This document shows, piece by piece, positions 51,124 through 60,582 of a DNA stretch of 64,000 bases (position 1 is the first letter of the stretch; each line of letters begins with the position of its first letter). Below the pieces are notes generated by a model. That model was not told where the DNA came from. It saw nothing but the letters and a program-made list of their open reading frames with translations, and did no database searches. The DNA is from Kofleriaceae bacterium (GTDB taxonomy: Bacteria; Myxococcota_A; Polyangia; Haliangiales; Haliangiaceae), in assembly GCA_035516595.1 (NCBI GenBank), contig DATJAE010000273.1:5015-69014 (forward strand), given 5' to 3'. The translations under genes were made by a program, and so were the position numbers.

Positions 51124-51534
51124 ATGCGCGCGTGGCTCGCGGTCGTGCTCGCCGGCTGCGGGCTCGCCACGAACCCGGGTGAGGTGACGTTCGGCGGCCG
51201 CACGCTCGCGATCGTCTACGACGACCAGCCGTGCGCGTACGAGCGCGGCGAGCTGGCGCGCTGCCTCGGCGCGGGCACGGTGATCGCGTACGACTTCACC
51301 GGCGACGGCGTCGACGATCTCGCGAGCTATCGCGACACGCGCGACGGCTTCCGCGACACGTTCGCGTACCTCGATATCTGGTGCAACGACGGCACGCCGC
51401 TCGCCGTGGCGCCCGTGACCCATGCGAAGTGGAAGGATGGCTACTGGGACTGGATCGACGAGCGCGCCTTCCCGGGGCTCGCGGGTCCGCGCTTCGTGCG
51501 CTTCATGGAAGCGCAGGATCGCGAGCACGACTAG
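51124..51534 (+). CDS. small hypothetical lipoprotein
   Basis: 136-aa ORF with the lipobox VVLAGCG. Confidence 0.65.
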   Translation: MRAWLAVVLAGCGLATNPGEVTFGGRTLAIVYDDQPCAYERGELARCLGAGTVIAYDFTGDGVDDLASYRDTRDGFRDTFAYLDIWCNDGTPLAVAPVTHAKWKDGYWDWIDERAFPGLAGPRFVRFMEAQDREHD

Positions 51535-51538
51535 AAGC

Positions 51539-53500
51539 TCACAGCGGCCAGATCAAGATCTCGCCGTCGGAGGCGCCGGTCGCGAACGACTTGCCGTCGG
51601 GCGCGACCGCGATCGCGTGGACGTCGCCGTGGTGCGCGTGGTCGTGCGTGACCCCTTCGCCCTTCGCGTCGAGGATCGACACGCTGCCGTGGTGCGTGCC
51701 GACGAGCACCCGACCATCGGGCGACCACGCGACCGCGGTGCACCAGTCGCTCGTCCCCAGGCCGTTCACCGGGTCACCGGTCACCGCGTACACCAGGAGG
51801 CCCGAGTACGTGGCGATGGCGAGCTGCTTGGCGTCGGGCGAGAACGCGAGCGCCTCGACCTGATCCGCATCGACGCTGGCGAGCTGTGCGCCGGTGGCCG
51901 CGTCGAGCACGAGCACGTGATCCGGCGAGGTGACCGCGAGCTTCGTACCGTCGCGTGACACGGCGACGGCCCCGCTGACGAGCTTGTCGATGCGCCGCTG
52001 TTCCCGCGCGCTGTCGGCATCGACGATCCGCAGCGTGACGCCCGGGTCGTCGCTGTCCTCGGTGCCCAGCGCGAACGCGCGCCTGGTGTCGGGCGCCAGC
52101 GCGAACGCCTTGATGCCGATCCCCTGGAGGCCCTTGGCGTGGAGCTGCTCGCCGGTGGCGGCGTTCCACGAGCGCAGCAGCTCGCCGTCGCTCTCGTACA
52201 GCGTCGCGCCGTCGTTCGACCAGCCGAGCCCGGTCACCGCCGACATCGAGAACTTCTTCCAGTCGTCGTCGCCCTCGACCACGATCACGCCGTATTCGTC
52301 GGTGACCACGTCGAGCACGCGCGACGTGCCGGCTGCGACGTCCCACAGCCGGATCGTGCCGTCGCTGCCGCCCGACGCCAGCGCCTTGCCATCGGGACGG
52401 TACGCGAGCGCGCTGATCCCGCCGATGTGACCCGCGGGGCCGAACACCTCGCGATCGGTCGCGACGTCCCACAGCCGCGCGCCCCGATCGTGGCCGATCC
52501 ACAGCTGGCTGCCCGCCGGATCGGCGAACGCGAGCCCGACGATCGTGCGCGTCGGGTTGACCAGCTCGTGGCGCGTACCGGCGGAAAGATCGATCACGAT
52601 GACCGAACGGTTCCCGGTCGCCTGGCCGAACGCGAGGCGCTTGCCGTCGCGCGAGAACGCGATCGCGTCGGCGTCGACCTTCACCGGGTAGCTACCCAGC
52701 TCCTTGCCGGCCGCGACGTCGTAGAGCGCGACGCGCTCGCGCATGTAGTGCGCGTGGTCGTCGTAGGCGAGCACCGCGCCGCGCGGGGCGAAGGCGAGCA
52801 CCTCGGGATGCTCGTCGAGCTGCGGGCCGGGGACCTCGCGCTTGTTCGCGAGATCGAACAGGTGGAGCTTGCCGTCCCGCACGGTGACCGCGGCGATCCA
52901 CGCGCCGTCGGCGGACCACGCGATCGGGCCGTACTTGAAGGGGTCGAGCGTGCCGAGCGGCGTGAACGCACCGCCGTCGATCGGCTGCAGCCGGATCGCC
53001 GGCGTGTTCTCGCATGCGATCGCGAGCGTCTTGCCATCGGGTGACGGCGCGATGCCCTCGGTCCATCCCTTGCCGCAGGTGGTGAGCGGACGCTCGCTCC
53101 AGTCCGTGGTCGACACCACCGTGATCCCCGCCTCGCCGTGGGCGAACACCAGCGCGTCGCCGGCGAACGCCGCGACGTCGACGCGGTCCATCAGGCCTTC
53201 GCCCTTGGACACGTACAGCCGCTTGCCCGACCCGGTGTCCCACACCGCGAGCGTGTCGTCCGCGGCGCCGGTCGCCAGCAGCTTGCCGTCGGCCGACAGC
53301 GCGAGGACCTCGAGCTTGGCGGCGTGGCGAAAGCTCGTGCCGCCGAGCCGCGCGCGGGCGCCGTCGGGCAGCGGCACGTCGTCGTGCGGTACGCGCGGTG
53401 CGGGCGCGCCTGGCGGAGCGCTCGCGCTGCCGCGCGCGGGGGCCGCTTTCTTGCCGCCGCACCCGGCGACGGCGGCCACGAGCACCAGTTCGCGCATCAC
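51539..53500 (-). CDS. WD40/beta-propeller repeat lipoprotein
   Basis: 653-aa ORF with the lipobox AAVAGCGG. It has many WD-like repeats (LATGAADDTLAVWD, LASGGSDGTIRLWD, FATGASDGEILIWP). Confidence 0.9.
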   Translation of the reverse strand: MMRELVLVAAVAGCGGKKAAPARGSASAPPGAPAPRVPHDDVPLPDGARARLGGTSFRHAAKLEVLALSADGKLLATGAADDTLAVWDTGSGKRLYVSKGEGLMDRVDVAAFAGDALVFAHGEAGITVVSTTDWSERPLTTCGKGWTEGIAPSPDGKTLAIACENTPAIRLQPIDGGAFTPLGTLDPFKYGPIAWSADGAWIAAVTVRDGKLHLFDLANKREVPGPQLDEHPEVLAFAPRGAVLAYDDHAHYMRERVALYDVAAGKELGSYPVKVDADAIAFSRDGKRLAFGQATGNRSVIVIDLSAGTRHELVNPTRTIVGLAFADPAGSQLWIGHDRGARLWDVATDREVFGPAGHIGGISALAYRPDGKALASGGSDGTIRLWDVAAGTSRVLDVVTDEYGVIVVEGDDDWKKFSMSAVTGLGWSNDGATLYESDGELLRSWNAATGEQLHAKGLQGIGIKAFALAPDTRRAFALGTEDSDDPGVTLRIVDADSAREQRRIDKLVSGAVAVSRDGTKLAVTSPDHVLVLDAATGAQLASVDADQVEALAFSPDAKQLAIATYSGLLVYAVTGDPVNGLGTSDWCTAVAWSPDGRVLVGTHHGSVSILDAKGEGVTHDHAHHGDVHAIAVAPDGKSFATGASDGEILIWPL

Positions 53501-53513
53501 GGCGGTGACGGTA

Positions 53514-54428
53514 TCACCGGCCGCGGTGATACAGCGCCGCGGCGATCGTCAGCCCCGCGCCGCACGTGACGAACAGGGTGCGCGCGGCGCTGGTGAACCG
53601 GCCCGAGGCGAACGCCGCGTCGAGCGCCGCGATCGGGCCCGCGGAATGCGAGCACGCCAGCTCGGGGGCGACCGCGGGCACCGCGTCGGGCGCGATCCCC
53701 AGCGCGCGCGCGATCTCCTGCGCGAACGTCGCGGGGTACTGGCTCGCGATCAGCAGCTCGATCTCGCCCGCGGCGAGCCCTGCGCCGTCGAGCAGCTCGC
53801 GCACCAGCTCGGCGCCGCGCGCCACGCACGCCGCGCGGAAGTCGGGCGCCTCGTAGACCTCGAGCACGTTGCGGCCGCGTCGCGCGAGGCCGGCGCGCGG
53901 GTCCCACACCAGCTGGGTCTCGAACAGGCCGGCGTGCTGCGGGTAGGTGCGGATCGCGAAGCGCGCGAAGCCGTGCTCGCCCGGCACGTGTGCGAGCAGG
54001 ACCGCGCCGCCCGCCGGCGCGAACGGGAAGTGCCGCGACGTTCGCGGTGATGGGTCGGCATCCGCCGCGACGACCATGCCGAGGCGCGCGCCGCCGCCCG
54101 CGAGCAGGCCATCGGCGAGCTGCGCCGAGCTGACCACGCCGCAGCCGCCGTTCATCACGTCGAACGAGAACGTGCCGTGGTGGCCGATGCGCGGCGGGCT
54201 GCCGCGATTGGCGCCGAGGTCGTCCTGGATGATCGCGGCGAGCGCGGGCTCGGCGATGTTGAGATCGCGGTACATGCCGGTGTCGATCAGCAGATCGAGC
54301 TCGTCGGGTTCGCGGTGCGCGCGGTCCAGGCAGGCGCGCGCGGCGGTCTCGGCGAGGTGGAGCGCGCCGCGCCCGAGCAGGTGGCCGCGGTGGTGCGCGG
54401 TCGCGACGGCCTCAATGCAGGTGCCCAT
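53514..54428 (-). CDS. KAS III (FabH)-like protein, catalytically degenerate paralogue
   Basis: 304-aa ORF with a thiolase-fold KAS III layout. The Cys position is retained (FDVMNGGCGVV). The HQAN-type His block reads LIASQYP and the GNT Asn block reads ACSHSAGP. Confidence 0.85.
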   Translation of the reverse strand: MGTCIEAVATAHHRGHLLGRGALHLAETAARACLDRAHREPDELDLLIDTGMYRDLNIAEPALAAIIQDDLGANRGSPPRIGHHGTFSFDVMNGGCGVVSSAQLADGLLAGGGARLGMVVAADADPSPRTSRHFPFAPAGGAVLLAHVPGEHGFARFAIRTYPQHAGLFETQLVWDPRAGLARRGRNVLEVYEAPDFRAACVARGAELVRELLDGAGLAAGEIELLIASQYPATFAQEIARALGIAPDAVPAVAPELACSHSAGPIAALDAAFASGRFTSAARTLFVTCGAGLTIAAALYHRGR

Positions 54429-55500
54429 GCGTTGCCTCCAGCTCGTCGACCACGAACAGCACGACGCCGACCTCGAGCCCCGATGCGACCGACAGCAGCA
54501 GGATCTTGTCGCCGGCCGCGAACCGGTGATCGCCGAGGTAGCGGTGCAGCGCGAGGAACAGCGTCGTCGACGCGGTGTTGCCGTACTCGTCGACCGTGAC
54601 GACCAGGTGGCGCGGCCGCTCGCCGAGCCGCTCGGCGAGCACGTGCTCGCCGGAGCGCAACGCGCGCACCGACGTCTGATGCGGGATCAGCCAGTCGATG
54701 TCGCCGAGCCGCACCCCGGCCCGCGCGAGCACGTCCTCGATCAGCGGCGGCCCGTCGGCCATCGCGACCTGGTGGATCTTGCGCGCGCGCGTGAACATCT
54801 GGGCGCCGGGCTGGTGCCACGCCGGCAGGCCGAGACACAGCCGGCTGTGCTCGGCCAGGGTCGTGAACCCGGCGAGCACGATACCGGGCTGACCGTCGCA
54901 CGCGCGCTCGACGATCACCGCCGCGCCGGCGTCGCCGAGCGTCAGCGATGCCAGCTGCAGGCTGAACAGGCTGCGGATGTGGCGCGCGGCGTTCGCGCCG
55001 AGCCCGGTGATGCGCTCGCCGCTCACCACCATGCCGCGGCGGATCGCGCCGCGCCGGATGAAGTCGTTGAGGATGAACACGCCGGTCAGCATCCCGGCGC
55101 ACGCGTTCGCGAGATCGAAGCTGATCGCGCGGTCGGCGCCGATCGCGTGCTTGATCGTCGCGGACAGCGGCGGTTCGATGCGGTGGGCGTGCTCGTCGGT
55201 GTAGCGCGTGATGCTCGCGTCGATCACCATGTCGAGATCGCCGGCGCCGCACGACGCGCGCGCCAGGCAGTCGCGCGCCGCGGCGATCGCGAGCGAGAGC
55301 GACGAATCCTCGGGCCCGCACGCGCGGTGCTCGCGGATGCCGGTGAGCCGCTCGAGATCGATCCGCGTGTGGTGGCGCGTGGTCGCCATCAGCTCGGACG
55401 TGGTGACGCGGCGCTCGGGCAGGCTCGCGCCGATCGCCGCGATCCGCGCGGTGTACGGCGCACTCGCGTCGCGCGTCGCCTCGGCGAGCATCCAGGTCAT
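54412..55500 (-). CDS. 3-oxoacyl-ACP synthase III (KAS III/FabH) family condensing enzyme
   Basis: The ATG at 55500 starts about 362 aa. The Cys-His-Asn triad blocks are intact: FDLANACAGML, WLIPHQTS and EYGNTAST. The 3' end overlaps the next gene's start by 17 nt. Confidence 0.9.
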   Translation of the reverse strand: MTWMLAEATRDASAPYTARIAAIGASLPERRVTTSELMATTRHHTRIDLERLTGIREHRACGPEDSSLSLAIAAARDCLARASCGAGDLDMVIDASITRYTDEHAHRIEPPLSATIKHAIGADRAISFDLANACAGMLTGVFILNDFIRRGAIRRGMVVSGERITGLGANAARHIRSLFSLQLASLTLGDAGAAVIVERACDGQPGIVLAGFTTLAEHSRLCLGLPAWHQPGAQMFTRARKIHQVAMADGPPLIEDVLARAGVRLGDIDWLIPHQTSVRALRSGEHVLAERLGERPRHLVVTVDEYGNTASTTLFLALHRYLGDHRFAAGDKILLLSVASGLEVGVVLFVVDELEATHGHLH

Positions 55501-55943
55501 CGCGGCGCTCCGCCGGCGCGCTCGGCGAGCGCGCGGTTCATCGCGTCGAAGCCGCGCTTCGCCTCGCGGGCGAGCAGGCGGCGCGCGAGCGCCGGCAACA
55601 GGCCGGAGAACGTCTCGCGCTGCTCGAAGCGCACGCGGCCGTCGCCGAGCGGCTCGATCGAGAACACGTGATCGCCGCAGGCCAGCCAAGGCGCCACGAC
55701 GTGGCCGCGCCAGTGCAGCTCGCGGCCGGGCGCGTGCCCGAGCACCTGCGCCGAGAACGCGAGCGGCACGCCGAGCGACGACCGCACGCGGACGTGCACC
55801 GTCGCGCCGGGATCGGTCGAGCCGCGGGCGTCGCGGATGAACGGATTCCACTCGTGGAACATCGGCAGATCGGTCAGCACGCGCCACACCGCATCGGCGG
55901 GCGCGGCGATCTCGGTGGCGGCACGGACCTCGACGGGGCGCAT
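55497..55943 (-). CDS. SRPBCC (START/polyketide-cyclase-like) family protein
   Basis: The ATG at 55943 gives MRPVEVRAATEIAAPADAVWRVLTDLPMFHEWNPF..., typical of the SRPBCC N-terminus. The stop overlaps the KAS III start (ATGA). Confidence 0.85.
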   Translation of the reverse strand: MRPVEVRAATEIAAPADAVWRVLTDLPMFHEWNPFIRDARGSTDPGATVHVRVRSSLGVPLAFSAQVLGHAPGRELHWRGHVVAPWLACGDHVFSIEPLGDGRVRFEQRETFSGLLPALARRLLAREAKRGFDAMNRALAERAGGAPR

Positions 55944-56030
55944 GCCCCGTGGTGCAGCAAGAACCACGCCTCGCGCCGGGGCAGCGAATTCGCGCACGTC
56001 TTGCAGGCGAGTTGCTACAGTGGCGGGAAA

Positions 56031-56837
56031 ATGTCGTCGTTCACGCATCGGGGTCGGCGGATCGCCTACCGCGAGCACGGCACCGGGCCGCGGGTCGTCG
56101 TGCTCACGCATGGCTTGCTGATGGACAGCCGCATGTACGGAAAGCTCGCGCCGGCGCTCGCGGCCGCCGGTCACCGCGCGATCGCGGTCGACATGCTCGG
56201 CCACGGCGAGTCCGATCAGCCGCACGACATGACCGAGTACTCGATGCCGCAGTTCGGCAAGGACGTGATCGCGCTGCTCGACCACCTCGAGCTCGCGCAG
56301 GCCGTGGTCGGCGGCACGTCGCTCGGCGCCAACGTCGCGCTCGAGGTCGCGGTCGCCGCGCCGGCGCGGGTCCGCGCGCTCGTGCTCGAGATGCCGGTGC
56401 TCGAGAACGCGCTGCCGGCGGCCGCGGCCGCGTTCGTCCCGCTCGCGCTGGCGTTGCGCTCCAGCCTGCCGGTGATGCGCGGGCTGTCCGCGCTGACGCG
56501 GCGGATCCCGCGCACGAGCTTCGCGGTCGACCTGATGCTCGACTTCGTACGCCGCGATCCGGCGGCGTCGCTCGCGGTGCTCGACGGCCTGCTGTTCGGC
56601 CGGGTCGCGCCGCCGATCGACGAGCGCCGCGCGCTCCGCCATTCCACCCTCGTGATCGGCCATCCCTCCGATCCGATCCATCCGTTCAGCGACGCCGACC
56701 GGATCGCGCGCGAGCTGCCGCAGGCGCAGCTGGTCACCGCGAGCTCGATCGCGGAGTGGCGGGTGAAGCCGGCGCGGCTCGATCGCGAGCTGGTGCGCTT
56801 TCTCGACGAGGCATGGGCGCTGCGCTCGGTCGCGTGA
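56031..56837 (+). CDS. alpha/beta hydrolase
   Basis: The ATG at 56031 precedes HGLLMD, the nucleophile elbow GTSLGA and a distal His (IGHPSDPIHP). 268 aa. Confidence 0.88.
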   Translation: MSSFTHRGRRIAYREHGTGPRVVVLTHGLLMDSRMYGKLAPALAAAGHRAIAVDMLGHGESDQPHDMTEYSMPQFGKDVIALLDHLELAQAVVGGTSLGANVALEVAVAAPARVRALVLEMPVLENALPAAAAAFVPLALALRSSLPVMRGLSALTRRIPRTSFAVDLMLDFVRRDPAASLAVLDGLLFGRVAPPIDERRALRHSTLVIGHPSDPIHPFSDADRIARELPQAQLVTASSIAEWRVKPARLDRELVRFLDEAWALRSVA

Positions 56838-57786
56838 CGCCGCGCAGGTAGCGGCGGCCGCGCGCGAGCCGGTCGAGCTCGGCCTGCATCGCGCGCTCGA
56901 CCTCGCGGTAACAGCGCGCGACCACCTCCGGATCGTCGGCGGCCGACACCGGTAGCTCGGGCCAGGCGATCGCCGGCAGGAACGCGAGCGTGGTCTGCGC
57001 CGGCAGCGGCAGGTACGGCACGAACCCCGAGGTCAGGCCCCACGGCAGCGCCAGCACCAGCGGCATGACCTCGGTTCGCGCCCAGCGGTGCGCGTGGGTC
57101 CAGCGCGCGATCCGGTCGCCGCGCGCGAGCACGACGAACTGCTCGTGGTTGCCCGCGCTGACCACGGGCACGATCGGCACGCGCTCGCGCAGCGCGAGCT
57201 CGATGAAGCCGGTGCGGCCGCCGAGCACGACGCGGTAGCGGTCGCGAAACCGCCGGAACGTGTCGAGATCCGAGCCGGGATAGACCAGCACGCACGTGCC
57301 CGCTGCCAGCGCGTGGTGCGCGCTGTCGCGTCCGGCGCGCAGCATGCCGAGCCGCGCCGCGTAGCGCCGCAGCGTCGGGTCCTCGAACAGGAAGTCATGC
57401 ACGAGCGCATAAACTGCGCGCTCGGGGCCGAACCGGTCGTGGATCGCGAGCGCGGTCAGGAACCCCTCGGTCGGCAGCAGGCCGCCCGAGTGATTGCCGA
57501 CCAGCAGCACCGGCCCGCGTGCCGGCACGTGGTCGACGCCCTCGAAGCGCGCGCGAAAGTAGTAGCGCGCGAGCACGCGCCAGAGATCGACCAGCAGCGT
57601 CACGAGCTCGGGATCTCTCGCGCGCACGTCGTCGGCGGTGCTGCGGCCCGCGACCCCGGTGACGCGGTGCTCCGCGAACCGCAGGAAGCGCGCGACGAGC
57701 CGGGGAGGGGACAGCAGGATCGAGCGGTCGTCGGCGGGAATCAGGCGCCGCGCCCGGGTCAGCCAGTCGGTCAGCTCGCGCCACAT
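56734..57786 (-). CDS. PlsC/LPLAT-superfamily acyltransferase
   Basis: The ATG at 57786 precedes LLVGNHSGGLLPTEG and VLVYPGSD blocks resembling lysophospholipid acyltransferase motifs. The 3' end overlaps the convergent hydrolase gene by about 100 nt. Confidence 0.8.
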   Translation of the reverse strand: MWRELTDWLTRARRLIPADDRSILLSPPRLVARFLRFAEHRVTGVAGRSTADDVRARDPELVTLLVDLWRVLARYYFRARFEGVDHVPARGPVLLVGNHSGGLLPTEGFLTALAIHDRFGPERAVYALVHDFLFEDPTLRRYAARLGMLRAGRDSAHHALAAGTCVLVYPGSDLDTFRRFRDRYRVVLGGRTGFIELALRERVPIVPVVSAGNHEQFVVLARGDRIARWTHAHRWARTEVMPLVLALPWGLTSGFVPYLPLPAQTTLAFLPAIAWPELPVSAADDPEVVARCYREVERAMQAELDRLARGRRYLRGVTRPSAAPMPRRESAPARDRAAPASPATPRSSSR

Positions 57787-57843
57787 GCCCGGGAACCTCG
57801 CAAGGATCGTGCCTCGGGCATGTCCGATGCACCGCATGGCAGC

Positions 57844-59580
57844 ATGGCGGACTACACGAACCTCGTCGCGCTCGCGGAAGCAAGTGTCGCGCATTTCGCG
57901 CGCCGGCCGTTGTTCGGCGAGCGGCACGACGGTCGCTGGGAGTGGCTCAGCTATGCCGGCTGGCACGACCGCGTGGCGGCGATGCGCGCGCGGCTCGCGC
58001 AGCTCGGCATCGCCGCGGGCGATCACGTCGCGATCGTTTCGCGCAACAGTGCCGCGTGGGCGACCGCCGCGTACGCGACCTACGGCCTCGGCGCGGTGTT
58101 CGTGCCGATGTACGAGGCGCAGCGCGCCGACGACTGGGAGTTTATCCTGCGCGATTGCGGCGCGGCGGTCGTGCTCGCGCGCACGCCCGAGCTCGCGGCC
58201 AAGCTGCGCGAGATGCAACCGCGATTGCCGGCGCTGCGCCACGTCGTGACGATCGAGGGCGACGAGCCGGCCGCGGCCGAGCCGGTCGCGGTGCGCTACC
58301 CGCAGCCGGAGGACGTCGCCGGCCTGATCTACACGTCGGGCACGACCGGTCGTCCCAAGGGCGTGATGCTCACCCACCGCAACCTCACGAGCAACGTGCT
58401 CGCGACGCTCGCCTGCTTTCCGATCGGTCCCGAGGATCGCACCGTGTCGTTCTTGCCGTGGGCGCACGTCTACGGCCAGGTCGGCGAGCTGCACATCCTG
58501 GTCGCGGCCGGTGCCTCGACCGCGTTCAACACCAACATCGACCAGCTGCTCGCCGATCTGCGCGAGGTCAAGCCGACGATCCTGGTCGCGGTCCCGCGCG
58601 TGTTCAACAAGCTCTACGCCGCGGTGCGCGACGGCATCGCGGCACGGGGGCGCGTGATCCGCGCGGTGTTCCGGCGCGGCCTCGCGGCGGCGATCCGGCG
58701 CGGTCGCGGCGAGCGGGTCGGGCTCGGCGATCGCATGGTCGCGTGGCTCGCGGGCCGGCTGTTCGCGCGGGTGCGCGATCAGCTCGGCGGCCGGCTGCGC
58801 TACGCGCTCAGCGGCAGCGCGACGCTGTCGCGCGAGGTCGCCGAGTTCATCGACGCGATCGGCATTCCGGTGTACGAGGGCTACGGGCTGACCGAGACCT
58901 CGCCGATCGTGACGCTGAACCGGCCGGGCCAGCGCAAGCTCGGCAGCGTCGGGTTGCCGATCGACGGCGTGCGGGTCGAGATCGGGCCCGACGACGAGAT
59001 CATCGTGCACGGACCGAACGTGATGAAGGGCTACCACGGGCGCCCGGAAGAAAATGCCCGGGCGTTCACCGCCGACGGTGGCCTGCACACCGGCGATCTC
59101 GGGTACGTCGACCGCGACGGCTACCTGTTCATCACCGGCCGCATCAAGGAGCAGTTCAAGCTCGAGAACGGCAAGTACGTCATGCCGAGCTCGCTCGAGG
59201 AGCAGCTCGCGATGTCGCCCTACATCGCCAACGTCGTGCTGCACGGCGCGAACCGCCCGCACAGCGTCGCGCTGGTCGCGATCGATGGCGCGCGCGTCCG
59301 CGCGTGGGGCCACGAGCGCGGCGTCGCGCTCGGCGACAGCCTGATCGCCGATCCGCGGGTGCGCGCGCTGATCGAGGGCGAGGTCGCGCGGCTGAGCAAG
59401 AGCTTCCGCTCGTACGAACGGCCCCGCGCGGTCGCGCTCATCGACGCCGCGTTCACCATCGACAACGGCCTGCTCACGCCGACCCTCAAGCTCAAGCGCC
59501 GCGAGGTCGACGCGCGCTACGGCCAGGTGCTCGCCGGGCTGTACGCCCCGAGCCCGGGCGCGACGGCCACCGCCTCGTGA
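57844..59580 (+). CDS. long-chain fatty-acid--CoA ligase (AMP-dependent synthetase/ligase)
   Basis: AMP-binding motifs are IYTSGTTGRPKGVMLTH, YGLTETS, TGDLGYVDRDGYLFITGRIKEQFKLENGKYV. An alternative ATG lies at 57820. Confidence 0.92.
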   Translation: MADYTNLVALAEASVAHFARRPLFGERHDGRWEWLSYAGWHDRVAAMRARLAQLGIAAGDHVAIVSRNSAAWATAAYATYGLGAVFVPMYEAQRADDWEFILRDCGAAVVLARTPELAAKLREMQPRLPALRHVVTIEGDEPAAAEPVAVRYPQPEDVAGLIYTSGTTGRPKGVMLTHRNLTSNVLATLACFPIGPEDRTVSFLPWAHVYGQVGELHILVAAGASTAFNTNIDQLLADLREVKPTILVAVPRVFNKLYAAVRDGIAARGRVIRAVFRRGLAAAIRRGRGERVGLGDRMVAWLAGRLFARVRDQLGGRLRYALSGSATLSREVAEFIDAIGIPVYEGYGLTETSPIVTLNRPGQRKLGSVGLPIDGVRVEIGPDDEIIVHGPNVMKGYHGRPEENARAFTADGGLHTGDLGYVDRDGYLFITGRIKEQFKLENGKYVMPSSLEEQLAMSPYIANVVLHGANRPHSVALVAIDGARVRAWGHERGVALGDSLIADPRVRALIEGEVARLSKSFRSYERPRAVALIDAAFTIDNGLLTPTLKLKRREVDARYGQVLAGLYAPSPGATATAS

Positions 59581-59589
59581 GCGTCGCGA

Positions 59590-60582
59590 TCACGGCGCGG
59601 GATGGGCCGCGAAGAACGCGTAGCTCATCGCGGTCGCGTCGGGCCCGGCCGGGTCGGCGTAGAGCGCGCCCGCCGTGCCGCCGGGCCAGGCATGACCGGC
59701 ACCGGCGATCAGCACGAGCTCGACGATCGGCTGCGCCCCGCCGTAGTCGGTGACCGTGTACGCGTGGCCGCCCGGCACCTGGTGCTGCGTCGTCGAGCTC
59801 GGCGCGGCGGGGATCGAGCCGTCGTGGACGCCGTCGTCGGCGTAGTCGTCGGTCGACACCCACTGCTCGGCGACCTGCTGGCCGTTGACCGGAGCGACCA
59901 CGGTGTCGTCCTGGCCGTGGAACACGATCGCGGCGACCACGCGCGCCTGGCCGGCCATCGCCTGGTATGCGACCTGGCCCTGGCCGACCGGATCCGGTCC
60001 GCCGACCGGGCCGCACGGCGCGCCCTTGTACTCGCACCCCGCGATCACGCCGATCGCCGCGAACACGTCCGGGTAGGTCGCGCCCAGGATCACCGACATC
60101 GCGCCGCCGGCCGACGCGCCGATCACGAACCTGCGCGCCGGATCGATCGACCAGGTGTCGCCGACGGTCCGCGTGATCCCGGCGAGCAGCGATGGCTCGC
60201 CGGTGTCGCGCGCCTGGTCCGCCGGCAGCGGCCAGTTCCAGCACTGCGTCGGGTTGCGCGCCGCCGATTGCGCGACATAGACCACCACGAACGTCTGCTG
60301 GTCGGCGAGCTGACTGAACCGCGACACCTGCTCGAGCTGGTCGATCGACTGCAGGCAGCCGGTGATCGCGAGCACCAGCGGCACCGGCGTGCCGGCGTGG
60401 TAGCCCGACGGCGTGTAGACCTCGTAGTCGAGCTGGCCCTGGTCGCTCGAGAACGTGCCTGCGGTGTACGCGCCGGCGCCATCGAGCGTCGCGATCGCGG
60501 CGTCGCCGGCGCTCGCGTCCGAGTCGTGACCGGCCGGCGCGTGCGAGCACGCCGCCAGCGCGAGCAGCGCGACCGCCCTCAC
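59590..60582 (-). CDS. PHB-depolymerase-family esterase lipoprotein
   Basis: The GTG at 60582 gives VRAVALLALAACS (lipobox) and overlaps the TetR stop (GTGA). Blocks are PLVLAITGC, NPTQCWNW and the nucleophile elbow IGASAGGAMS. Confidence 0.85.
   Translation of the reverse strand: MRAVALLALAACSHAPAGHDSDASAGDAAIATLDGAGAYTAGTFSSDQGQLDYEVYTPSGYHAGTPVPLVLAITGCLQSIDQLEQVSRFSQLADQQTFVVVYVAQSAARNPTQCWNWPLPADQARDTGEPSLLAGITRTVGDTWSIDPARRFVIGASAGGAMSVILGATYPDVFAAIGVIAGCEYKGAPCGPVGGPDPVGQGQVAYQAMAGQARVVAAIVFHGQDDTVVAPVNGQQVAEQWVSTDDYADDGVHDGSIPAAPSSTTQHQVPGGHAYTVTDYGGAQPIVELVLIAGAGHAWPGGTAGALYADPAGPDATAMSYAFFAAHPAP

Noticed and set aside
51539-53500. WD40 lipoprotein considered as part of a kinase/WD40 signalling or defence module
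   Set aside because: There is no adjacent NTPase, nuclease or kinase gene. It carries a lipoprotein signal, so it is extracytoplasmic. Its only notable link is the 13-nt spacing from the KAS III operon, which is mentioned under that finding.
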